DNA of 63,938 nucleotides, counting the filler, from Candidatus Tectimicrobiota bacterium (lineage in GTDB: Bacteria; JACPSX01), in NCBI GenBank assembly GCA_016193065.1. It is 9 parts of 9 records of this genome, joined end to end, with 100 filler letters (N's around TTAATTAATTAA, not from the genome) between each part and the next. Parts side by side here need not be neighbours in the genome. Positions count along the whole stretch, not along the records: positions 1 to 10,719 come from JACPSX010000047.1; 8 more parts are not named here. One strand, 5' to 3'. This document shows, piece by piece, positions 1 to 8,443 of the stretch (its first letter is position 1; each line of letters starts with the position of its first letter). The translations under genes and the position numbers were made by a program. The notes below the pieces were generated by a model that ran no database searches, was not told the origin of the DNA, and saw only the letters and a list, made by a program, of their open reading frames with translations.

Positions 1-113
1 CGGAGGCAGCTAAGGAAGAAATCCTGGGCGTGGTCCGGCGAGTGGAAGGCGTCGTTGCCGTCCAGGATCTCCTGGAAATCAGCGTGATTCCAACCCCCGA
101 GTTTATGGGTTAG
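1..113 (+). CDS. 3' end of a protein with a probable BON-like C-terminus (partial)
   Basis: Frame 3 reads EAAKEEILGVVRRVEGVVAVQDLLEISVIPTPEFMG* (TAG 111-113). VEGVVAVQDLLEI resembles the BON domain C-terminal motif. Confidence 0.5.
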   Translation, partial: EAAKEEILGVVRRVEGVVAVQDLLEISVIPTPEFMG

Positions 114-159
114 GGGCAGTCGGGTCAGCTTCACTTCCATCTTTCCGCCCGCTGGGGCA

Positions 160-942
160 TTAAGAAGGACGCAGATCCCGGGAAACTGTAGGGAGGCCCG
201 CAGTGCGGAGAAGGGTCTTGGCGGCTCCGAAAAGGATCCGGATGGACAATTCTCTGGCTTGCCGGTAGCTGGGCTTCCTGAACCCTTGGATCCAGCGCTT
301 CTCTTTTAGCTCATCGGAAACGGCGTGAAGTGCGGCAACCGGTACCCCGCGGAACTTTCCCAGGGCGAAGAGGGCCGAGGTCTCCATGTCTACAGCTACC
401 CCGCCTTGGCTCCGGTAGCGGGCGATGACCTCCTGGGTCTCCCGGTAGGGCGCGTCGGTGGTGCATATTCGCCCGCCGTGAAAGGGAACCTCGAGGCTCC
501 GGCAGCTCCCCTCCAGAATCTCTCGCATCCCGGTGTCTGCTGCAAATACCTGGGTCCCTGGTAAGTAGTGGTGTGAAGTCCCCTCGTCGCTCAGGGCCTG
601 CGAGGGGATGAGAAGGGACCCCACGGGCAAATTGGAGACCAGGGAGCCGCAACTGCCCATGATCAGAAGGCTCACGCAACCGTTGGCGAACAGGCTTTCG
701 GCGACCATTACGGCAGCCGGAGCTCCGACGGCAGGTCCCGCTACCCCCAGGATCCCCTGGTGATCCCGAGACCTGTACCAACTGGCCGACAGCACGGGGC
801 TTGGATTATCAAGCTGGCCTGAATCCTGAATGGCCTGCAGATCCTGCGGGGAAGGAACCAGGATCATGAGTGGAGGCAGCTTCGGACCTCGCCTCCGCCC
901 CGGTCGTACCCATTCCCTTCCAAAAGAGCTTCCCTGTTTCAT
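160..942 (-). CDS. Nucleoside phosphorylase (PNP/UDP family)
   Basis: Motifs GAPAA, GSCGSL, ALSDEGTSHHY, TTDAPYRET, AVDMETSAL and VSD. Confidence 0.85.
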   Translation of the reverse strand: MKQGSSFGREWVRPGRRRGPKLPPLMILVPSPQDLQAIQDSGQLDNPSPVLSASWYRSRDHQGILGVAGPAVGAPAAVMVAESLFANGCVSLLIMGSCGSLVSNLPVGSLLIPSQALSDEGTSHHYLPGTQVFAADTGMREILEGSCRSLEVPFHGGRICTTDAPYRETQEVIARYRSQGGVAVDMETSALFALGKFRGVPVAALHAVSDELKEKRWIQGFRKPSYRQARELSIRILFGAAKTLLRTAGLPTVSRDLRPS

Positions 943-1039
943 CTCCCATCCCGGTGGAATATGGCGAATTATACCCGCATCTGGAGGCCGAAGGACAGCG
1001 GAGAGTTGGATGTTGGTCAGCCGGGTGCATGGCGGGCAT

Positions 1040-1055
1040 TGGCATGGAAATTGCT
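1040..1055 (+). promoter_or_regulatory. Putative sigma-54 (-24/-12) promoter upstream of mreB
   Basis: TGGCATGGAAATTGCT matches TGGCAC-N5-TTGCW with one mismatch and correct GG/GC spacing; intergenic. Confidence 0.55.
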
Positions 1056-1333
1056 GCTAACCCCGATCCGACAAAAATAATCAAGCCCTATGCGATCCTG
1101 GACTGCGTGTTGCCAGGGTTGCCGACATATTGATCGTAGGTCTGTAAACACACGAAAGGTGAGTTGTCGATTCATCGTAGGAACAGCTCTTCCCCGTAAT
1201 CTAACGCTTATCAGCAATGATTTATGGGGCTGGATAATGTCGGATCGCGGCTAACGTCTGAGTGCCAGTGCTCCGATAGGAGATAGGGGCCAATGACCCG
1301 CGACCGGAACCTAAGAATCGGATCTCGAGGAGG

Positions 1334-2314
1334 ATGGGTATGATCTTGGATAGGCTATCCCGGATGTTCTCCACTGACCTGGCCGTGGATCTAGGGACGG
1401 CCAATACCCTCGTCTATGTGCGAGGGAAAGGGATTGTTCTCAATGAGCCTTCGGTGGTGGCTGTGCATGCCGAGACCCGCCAGATTCTGGCCGTAGGGAA
1501 GGATGCAAAGCGTATGCTCGGTCGTACTCCGGGGAGCATTGTGGCTACACGTCCCTTGAAGGACGGGGTCATCGCCGACTTTGACGCCACGGAGGCCATG
1601 CTTCGCTACTTCATCACAAAGGTCCACAACCGAAAGCGCTTCGTCCATCCCCGGGTGGTCATCTGTATCCCTTCGGGGATCACGGATGTTGAGAAGCGAG
1701 CGGTGATGGACTCGGCCCGGTCAGCTGGCGCCCGGGAGGTTTATTTAATCGAGGAGCCTATGGCGGCTGCCATTGGCGCCGGACTGCCGATTCAGGAGGC
1801 TTCAGGAAACATGGTGGTCGATATCGGAGGCGGCACCACGGATGTGGCCGTGATCTCCCTGTCCGGGATCGTCTTCAAGAAGTCCGTGCGCTGTGCCGGG
1901 GACGCAATGGACGAGAAAATCATCCATTACATTAAGCGGAAATATAACGTCCTGATCGGAGAGCGCAGCGCGGAAGAGATGAAGATCGAACTGGGGTCCG
2001 CCTTCCCCCTCCCCCAGAGGATAACTCGCGAGGTCAAGGGACGGGACCTGCTTACGGGCGTGCCAAAGGTCATCATATTGAATGACGATGAGATTCGGGA
2101 AGCGCTCTCGGAGCCCGTGGCGACGATCCTCGACACGGTCAAGGTGGCTCTCGAGCATACCCCCCCGGAACTGGCCGCCGATATCATGGAGCGCGGAATT
2201 GTCCTGACGGGAGGTGGCCCGGTGTTCCGGGCTGAGGATGCCCTGGCGGCGATTGCTCTGGGTTCGGGCAAGGTACTGGATGAAATCGAGCTTTTGAGGA
2301 AGGTGGCCGTGTGA
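1334..2314 (+). CDS. mreB: Rod shape-determining actin homologue MreB, with an apparent short deletion near the C-terminus
   Basis: [41 protein letters not shown] and GIVLTGGG. The segment normally following TGGG is absent. Confidence 0.93.
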   Translation: MGMILDRLSRMFSTDLAVDLGTANTLVYVRGKGIVLNEPSVVAVHAETRQILAVGKDAKRMLGRTPGSIVATRPLKDGVIADFDATEAMLRYFITKVHNRKRFVHPRVVICIPSGITDVEKRAVMDSARSAGAREVYLIEEPMAAAIGAGLPIQEASGNMVVDIGGGTTDVAVISLSGIVFKKSVRCAGDAMDEKIIHYIKRKYNVLIGERSAEEMKIELGSAFPLPQRITREVKGRDLLTGVPKVIILNDDEIREALSEPVATILDTVKVALEHTPPELAADIMERGIVLTGGGPVFRAEDALAAIALGSGKVLDEIELLRKVAV

Positions 2315-2640
2315 GCCATTCCCTTAGGATGCGAGGGATCGGTCGTGGATTCTCTGCGGGCATTCAGTTGGCGCGATTGCAGCCCAAGAGGCGCTGATGA
2401 TTTCCGGTAGCCCAGCGGCCACGCATAGCGATCCTTGCGGGTGCCGCTGCTGCGGGCAGTGCGCTTAGGGAGGGAATGGACAGCCTCCTTAAAGTCTCCT
2501 GTCCGGCGCTGACCTCACCACGGTACTCTGAAACCTCAGGCCGTACGGCTCTGCAGGAGCCCCAGAGAGACACCCCGAGGGCCTCGATCGCCCGCCAGTT
2601 CCCCGCCAGGAAACCAGGCGCAGGCAAGCATTTTCCTCAC

Positions 2641-2669
2641 TTGACTTCTCGGAAGATATCGATTAGCCT
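2641..2669 (+). promoter_or_regulatory. Putative sigma-70 promoter for the zinc-ribbon gene
   Basis: TTGACT-N17-TAGCCT. Confidence 0.35.
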
Positions 2670-2963
2670 CAAATTATTCTCGAGGGAAAACGGAGGGTAG
2701 GTTCGTCAGTCAGTGAGGCTGGAGAAAATTAAACAGTCGGTAGTTTCGTTTGTTTCAGATCAGTCCTTGCCTTCTCCCAACCAGTCCAGGATCCTCGTGG
2801 GTGAAGACTTTTTCCGGCTTGAGCCCGGATTGAGGAGCTGGTTTTCGAGCGGGTGCCCTTTGGGCGCGCCCTGTTCCCGCCTGCAACAAATATAGAAGGG
2901 AAAGATCCGAGGTGGATTGAAAGCGCATTCGCAGCCAAGTTCCCACAAGAGGAGGCGCTCGCT

Positions 2964-3281
2964 ATGGAAGGAACTTCCCTGGGAAGTGGTGGTGACAAAC
3001 AACTGGTTTGTACCCTGTGCGGCCAGCCCTTCCTCTTTACTGTAGGGGAACAGGAGTTTTATCGCCAGCGGGGGTTCCTGCATGAACCCAAGAAGTGTAA
3101 GCCGTGCCGCGACCGCGAGAAGCAGTCGGGGAACCGAAAACGGAGCGAGAACCCCGCAAGTCAATCCTTTGAGGTGGTGTGCTCTACTTGCCAGAAGACC
3201 ACCCGCGTTCCCTTCCGGCCCATCCCGGGAAAGCCAGTTTACTGCCGAGACTGTTACCTTCAGATCAAGAGGAATCAGTAA
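2964..3281 (+). CDS. Zinc-ribbon / CxxC-x17-CxxC domain protein
   Basis: DKQLVCTLCGQPFLFTVGEQEFY...PKKCKPC and CSTC-x17-CRDC (VPFRPIPGKPVYC). RBS GAGGAGG precedes ATG 2964. Confidence 0.85.
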   Translation: MEGTSLGSGGDKQLVCTLCGQPFLFTVGEQEFYRQRGFLHEPKKCKPCRDREKQSGNRKRSENPASQSFEVVCSTCQKTTRVPFRPIPGKPVYCRDCYLQIKRNQ

Positions 3282-3754
3282 ATCTGATTTCCTCCCTCGG
3301 CGGTTGGACTCGAAGCTGAGGGGGTAGTCTTCTCTATATTGACCCAGTGCCGTCCCCCTTCTTCCCAATGCTCTCTTTTCCATATGGGAACCAGGATTTT
3401 GATCTGCTCTATGGCAAAGCGGCAGGCAGCAAACGCGTGATCCCGGTGAGGGGATGATACCGCAATGATCACGCTGCTCTCCCCCACTTCCAAGTGGCCC
3501 ACCCGGTGGAGGATCGCCACTTTGGAGACCGGCCAACGCCGATGGATTTCCTCGCCGATGTCCCGGAGTTTTTCCTCCGCCATTGCCTCGTAGGCTTCGT
3601 ATTCGAGAAACTTCACCTTTTTCCCTTCCGAGTGATCTCTTACAATCCCATCAAAGTAGACGACGGCTCCCGCGCCGGGCTCTTTCACCCACGCTTCAAC
3701 ATCCGCCGGGGAAATCTTGTCCCGGGTAACCCGAAACATCCTACTTGCCTCCAC
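3275..3754 (-). CDS. moaE: Molybdopterin synthase catalytic subunit
   Basis: GAVVYFDGIVR, LEYEAYEAMA, HRVGHL, SSPHR and VPIWKRE. Confidence 0.93.
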   Translation of the reverse strand: MEASRMFRVTRDKISPADVEAWVKEPGAGAVVYFDGIVRDHSEGKKVKFLEYEAYEAMAEEKLRDIGEEIHRRWPVSKVAILHRVGHLEVGESSVIIAVSSPHRDHAFAACRFAIEQIKILVPIWKREHWEEGGRHWVNIEKTTPSASSPTAEGGNQIY

Positions 3755-3989
3755 TTACAGGGGGGATCACAGCGATCTCATCGCCAGCCGTGAGCACTTG
3801 GCTTCTCGGGACATACTGCCGGTTTACGGCGATCAGGCAATTGGGCAGAAGAGGTGCAATTTCGGGTTGGCGGGAAGCCAAAGTGGCCAGCAAATCTTCT
3901 ACCTTGCTGCCCGGTTGCATTTCCATGGAAATCTCGCCCTCCCCCAGTTTTTCCCGCAAAATGGCGAAGAGCTTGAGCCGGACCTGCAC
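3741..3989 (-). CDS. moaD: Molybdopterin synthase sulfur carrier subunit
   Basis: LFAILRE, AVNRQY and GDEIAVIPPVSGG (one extra K after GG); adjacent to moaE. Confidence 0.9.
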   Translation of the reverse strand: MQVRLKLFAILREKLGEGEISMEMQPGSKVEDLLATLASRQPEIAPLLPNCLIAVNRQYVPRSQVLTAGDEIAVIPPVSGGK

Positions 3990-4127
3990 GCCTTCTCCTT
4001 TCCTGCATTTGTAAGAAAGATCTCGTTCCTATTGTGAAAAACAAATTTATTATAGAAAAAGGAACGGCAAGCTGCAAGGAGCCTCTGGGAGGCAGTTGAA
4101 GCCCGGAGAGAGCGAGGGAAATCAAGG

Positions 4128-4739
4128 CTACCGTTCCGGCCGGGAAACAAACGGACTGCCGAGGAGATAAAACCGCAGCGGTAGCTCGCGGGCCGTGCGA
4201 ATTCCGATCCGGCCGCTTACCCCAAGAGGAGGGGATTTTTCCCCGTTGTCGGTAATAAAGAGGATCTCGGAAGTCAGATCCGCTTCATTTTGCGTGAGGT
4301 TGATGCCGAGAGCCTGGGTAAGTCGGGCAGGTCCCCGGGCCAGGTCGAGGATCTGCTTCACTCCCCGCCGGCGCTGCATGAGAGGGACACCAAACAGGGG
4401 TTCCAGAGCCCGGATCAGAATGGCTCCCGGGACCCCCTCAGGTTCCGTAACGACGTTCATGCAGTAGTGCATTCCATAGGTGAAGTAGACATAGACTGTG
4501 CCTGGTGTTCCGAACATGGGGCGATTGCGGGGGGTGAGGCCCCGGTAAGCGTGGGAAGCGGAGTCCGTGCTGCCGAGATAAGCTTCTACCTCCACGATGC
4601 GTCCGCCTGCCGCTCCTGCGCGGGTTCGATGGAGGAGGATTTTCCCCACCAGATCCCGGGCTACGGTCGGAGTATCCCGCTCATAAAAATCCCGCTGCAG
4701 GGGAAGGCCCCAATTTGCCGAGTCGCCCCGTCTTCTCAT
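4128..4739 (-). CDS. DNA-3-methyladenine glycosylase (MPG/AAG family)
   Basis: GRIVEVEAY, D-x-ASHA, YVYFTYGMHYCMNVV, LIRALEP, GPARL and RIGI. Confidence 0.92.
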   Translation of the reverse strand: MRRRGDSANWGLPLQRDFYERDTPTVARDLVGKILLHRTRAGAAGGRIVEVEAYLGSTDSASHAYRGLTPRNRPMFGTPGTVYVYFTYGMHYCMNVVTEPEGVPGAILIRALEPLFGVPLMQRRRGVKQILDLARGPARLTQALGINLTQNEADLTSEILFITDNGEKSPPLGVSGRIGIRTARELPLRFYLLGSPFVSRPER

Positions 4740-4830
4740 GCCAAACCGGAAAGCTCTCTTGTCCCCTGGCGGGGATCTGCATTATAGTCCTCTGCCGGTC
4801 GGCAGAATCGCGTCCCGGAGGCAGCGATCC

Positions 4831-5487
4831 TTGAAACCCGAACAGATCCACGAGGCAATCCGCATCTTGCGAAATCTATCCCGGCACTGGACGTCACCCG
4901 CCGTATCTCAGGTTACCGCCAAGGGGAAAGACCCTTTCAAGATCTTCCTGAGCACCGTGCTGAGTCTCAGGACCAAGGATGATACCACAGGACCAGCCTC
5001 GGAGCGCCTTTTCGCTCTGGCCTCCACACCCAGGGAGATTCTGAAGTTGGGCCGGGCCAGGATTGAGCGCGCCATTTATCCGGTGGGGTTTTACAGGGTC
5101 AAGGCGGCCACCCTCCTTGAGATCTGCAGGGTTCTCGTACGGAAATATAATTCGAGGGTTCCCGATGACCTGGACGAACTCTTGAAATTGAAGGGGGTGG
5201 GGCGGAAAACGGCGAACTTAGTCGTCACCATGGGATACGGGAAGCCGGGGATCTGCGTGGACACCCATGTCCGCCGCATCTGCAATCGCTGAGGTTATAT
5301 CTCTACAAAAAATCCGCTGCAGACCGAGATGGCCCTGCGACAGCGGCTTCCCCGACTGTATTGGATCCCGTTCAATCACTTGCTCGTATCCCTTGGACAG
5401 AACATTTGCCGTCCTGTTTCTCCGCTTTGCAGCCTCTGTCCTTTGTCCCATCTTTGTGAACGGAAAGGGGTGCGTGTGTGGAGATGA
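4831..5487 (+). pseudogene. nth: Endonuclease III (HhH-GPD, 4Fe-4S) interrupted by an in-frame TGA at 5290-5292
   Basis: LSLRTKD, GVGRKTAN and VDTHV. After the TGA the frame continues GYISTKNPLQTEMALR...CRPVSPLCSLCPLSHLC (Fe-S motif) to TGA 5487. RBS GGAGG precedes TTG 4831. Confidence 0.85.
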
Positions 5488-5540
5488 GAAACCGGCACTC
5501 TGGAAACTTGGTGCCGGGCTGTCAATCGGGAAGGAGGGCC

Positions 5541-6005
5541 TTATTGCACGATTCGTCGGATCTTTATAAGGGGATGGCGGAGTTGCAACGCCGGGCTTGG
5601 GGGAGACAGAGGCACGTGAGATTCGGCCTGTACCGCCGAGGGTTTCTGTCCTAAAACAGCGGGATGCTCAGGATACGCTGTTTCCGTTCGCGGCCGCTTG
5701 ACCCCTTTTGCCGCCGTCTTGGCAGGGACCTTTCTCTTCGTCGGCATGGATTTCGAGCGAACGGTCAGTTTCCTGCCTGTCGAACCCTTGACCTTGGCTG
5801 TGGAGGACTTCGGTGTTTCTCTCAACTTGCGGCTGGAGGCCAGGAAACGTAAAAAGGCCTTTCCAAGTTCCTCCTTGGAATAAACCAGGAGACCTCCGGG
5901 CTTTCGCTTGCACTCGACTCCTAGCATCCTCAGGAACTTGACGGCACTTTTCATGCCACATCCGAGGTGGGATGCAAGTGTTTTTGTACTTGCAGGGTTT
6001 TTCAT
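5541..6005 (-). CDS. Basic Lys-rich hypothetical protein, possibly DNA-binding
   Basis: RBS AAGGAGG upstream. HTH-like N-terminus (TLASHLGCGMKSAVKFLR) followed by a K/R/A/P-rich tail. Confidence 0.55.
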   Translation of the reverse strand: MKNPASTKTLASHLGCGMKSAVKFLRMLGVECKRKPGGLLVYSKEELGKAFLRFLASSRKLRETPKSSTAKVKGSTGRKLTVRSKSMPTKRKVPAKTAAKGVKRPRTETAYPEHPAVLGQKPSAVQAESHVPLSPPSPALQLRHPLIKIRRIVQ

Positions 6006-6299
6006 ATTTAGCCTCCTTTAACCCGTGCCCAGGCTATCAACGCATAGAATTTGTATATATTTTAACATCTTATTGATTCAAAACACAGAAGGAAGTGGGG
6101 AAAACCCTCTTTTCTGCCCTCTGAGAAAAGGATTTAAGACTGTATCCAATTGAAAAGAATGATCTTTGTTGTGTTATGGGGGATCATTCAGGGGCCGTGA
6201 TTTCTCTTGACATGGGAGGTAACAATAGGTTATGGAATCAAAAAAATGCTCGTTGAGTCTTAGCGAGGGGGGATCTCGTTAATTGAAGGAAAATCAGTC

Positions 6300-7154
6300 A
6301 TGAAAAGGCAGCTGCTCACACCCGGGAAAGGCGGATTCAAGCGGCTGTGGATGGCTACCGTGGTAGGGACAGGCATTATTCTGGCCGGGTACGTAGCGGT
6401 TGTGGTGGGTGCTCAGGATCTGCAAGAGCTGAGAGTGAAAGGAGTCAATGTCGACCGTCAGAGTAATTCGCCCGTCGTCATTGTAGAGGCAGTCAAAGGT
6501 GGAAAGACCTTTCCAATTTGGATCGGGTATACGGAAGCGCAGGCCATTGCTATGGAAATGGAGCACGTTCCTACCGAACGTCCCATGACCCATGATTTAC
6601 TGCGAAATATCCTCGCAGGTCTCAGGGCAAAAGTGGCGCGCGTCACCATCACGGATCTGCGAGATGGGATTTTCTATGCTTCCATTGCGCTCCATCCTCA
6701 AGGAGGAGGGCCGGAAATCTCGATTGATTCCCGACCCAGTGATGCTATTGCATTGGCTCTGCGGGTTCGGGCTCCCATATTTGCAACCCAGAAGGTGCTT
6801 GAGGAGGCACGCGCTTATGGTTCTGCCGAACCGGGATTTTCCGCTTCTTTGCGGGAGCAATTTGGAATTGGCGTCCAGGAGTTGACCCCGGATCTGGCCC
6901 GGGTTTTCGGCATTCCCCGCGCCGAGGGGGTCCTGGTCTCTGAAATCGTCCCTAGGAGCCCGGCGGACACAGCAGGGGTTCATTTGGGCGATATAATCCT
7001 TGAGGTGAACTTAAAAAAGATATTGAACCTCAAGGAGTTATTGGGTCTCCAGGGAGAGATCTTAAAGGCAGGGAAACTGCAGCTTACCCTGTTTCGGGTC
7101 AAAGATGGCAAGCAGAGTTTGACCCTTAGCTTAACCCCAAAACCGGCAAAATAG
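6300..7154 (+). CDS. Bifunctional nuclease (DUF151) domain fused to a C-terminal PDZ domain, with an N-terminal TM/signal segment
   Basis: FPIWIG-EAQAIA, RPMTHDLL and DSRPSDAIALALR. PDZ part: GIGVQELTPDLA...GVLVSEI...SPA...GDII. Confidence 0.85.
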   Translation: MKRQLLTPGKGGFKRLWMATVVGTGIILAGYVAVVVGAQDLQELRVKGVNVDRQSNSPVVIVEAVKGGKTFPIWIGYTEAQAIAMEMEHVPTERPMTHDLLRNILAGLRAKVARVTITDLRDGIFYASIALHPQGGGPEISIDSRPSDAIALALRVRAPIFATQKVLEEARAYGSAEPGFSASLREQFGIGVQELTPDLARVFGIPRAEGVLVSEIVPRSPADTAGVHLGDIILEVNLKKILNLKELLGLQGEILKAGKLQLTLFRVKDGKQSLTLSLTPKPAK

Positions 7155-7347
7155 GCTCTTTTCCCTCAGGAAGGAGGAGAATCGACAGTAAGTTTTTGTG
7201 TAAAGCAGCCGATAAAACAAGTGTGAGATTGGACGGGAACCTCTCGGAAAACCGAGACTCGCGAAGTAGTAGCTGAATTCTTGAAGGTCGGGCAAGGAAG
7301 CGGATCATCGGAAGCAGGTCGGGACAGCCAGGGAGGAGAGCGAAATT

Positions 7348-8280
7348 ATGGCGAGGCGGTTTTACACGATACTTGTGATCCCTGACGTCAGCAGTAAACT
7401 ACGGCGCATTTCTATCCCATCGAACTGGGTGCGCGGCATCATTGGAATCTCAGCTGCTGTTTTCTTGTTGGTAATTTTCCTTATCTACAGCTACGTCCAG
7501 ATGGGGGTAAAGGTTGTCGAGTTGAGCAGCTTGCGCAGAGAGGCCCGCGAACAGAGGGCCCAGATTCGCACCTTTGTCAAAAGCCTTCAAGCCCTGGAAG
7601 CCCAGATGGCCCGCCTGGAGCGCCTTGACAAGAAGCTGCGGCTGATGACCGCTCTCGGTACCCCCGAGAAGGGAAACAACAATTCAGCCCTCGGAGTTGG
7701 AGGTCCGGAGGGGAAAGAGGTAGAGGGCCTTCTGGGGGATCTGGACAAAAACCAAAGTGAGATCTTAAAGAGGGTCCAAGCTGGGCTGCTGGATCTGCAG
7801 CGGTTCGCTGTTCGTCAGGAGTTGAGCTTTCTTCAGATCGATGAATTCCTCAAGGGACAAAAGCATCTGTTGGCTTCTACCCCTTCCATCTGGCCGACCC
7901 GGGGATTGATTAGTTCTGGTTTCGGCTACCGGACTTCTCCTTTTACCGGGACCCGGCAGATGCACGAAGGACTTGATATTTCCAACCTGGAAGGAACTCA
8001 GATCCTCGCCACGGCGGATGGGGTTGTGGTCCGAGACGATCGGGATGTGACCCTCGGGAAGTTTATCGAGATCGATCACGGCAACGGAATTACGACCCGC
8101 TATGCCCACAATTCCCGTGTCCTGGTCAAGGCGGGTCAGAAGATCAAGAGAGGCGATCCCATCGCCACGGTAGGAAACACCGGGAAAAGCACCGGCCCTC
8201 ACCTCCACTACGAGATTCGCGTCAACGGGACTCCGGTGAATCCCCGAAACTATATCGTCGAGGAGCCCGGCCCCGGCTAG
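7348..8280 (+). CDS. M23 family metallopeptidase with TM and coiled coil
   Basis: TPSIWPTRG, HEGLD, YAHNS and STGPHLHYE. Confidence 0.92.
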   Translation: MARRFYTILVIPDVSSKLRRISIPSNWVRGIIGISAAVFLLVIFLIYSYVQMGVKVVELSSLRREAREQRAQIRTFVKSLQALEAQMARLERLDKKLRLMTALGTPEKGNNNSALGVGGPEGKEVEGLLGDLDKNQSEILKRVQAGLLDLQRFAVRQELSFLQIDEFLKGQKHLLASTPSIWPTRGLISSGFGYRTSPFTGTRQMHEGLDISNLEGTQILATADGVVVRDDRDVTLGKFIEIDHGNGITTRYAHNSRVLVKAGQKIKRGDPIATVGNTGKSTGPHLHYEIRVNGTPVNPRNYIVEEPGPG

Positions 8281-8315
8281 GGATATGCGGCTGGCTGAAG
8301 GTTGGATTCCGGAAG

Positions 8316-8343
8316 AGCCCTGGCGACGAGCCAGGGCTTTTTT
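8316..8343 (+). terminator. Rho-independent terminator after the M23 gene
   Basis: AGCCCTGGC-gacga-GCCAGGGCT followed by a T-run. Confidence 0.7.
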
Positions 8344-8443
8344 GTGAGAATCGGTGCCGCCGTCCGCAGTGGATATTTGTGCTATTATAATCTGCAGAAG
8401 GGTAAACAAATTGACTGTGGTTTGAAGGCGGGTTTTTTCCATT

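Noticed and set aside
5290-5292. nth TGA as selenocysteine or an alternative genetic code
   Set aside because: It aligns to Trp rather than Cys; TGA is a normal stop in many genes here and TGG encodes Trp.
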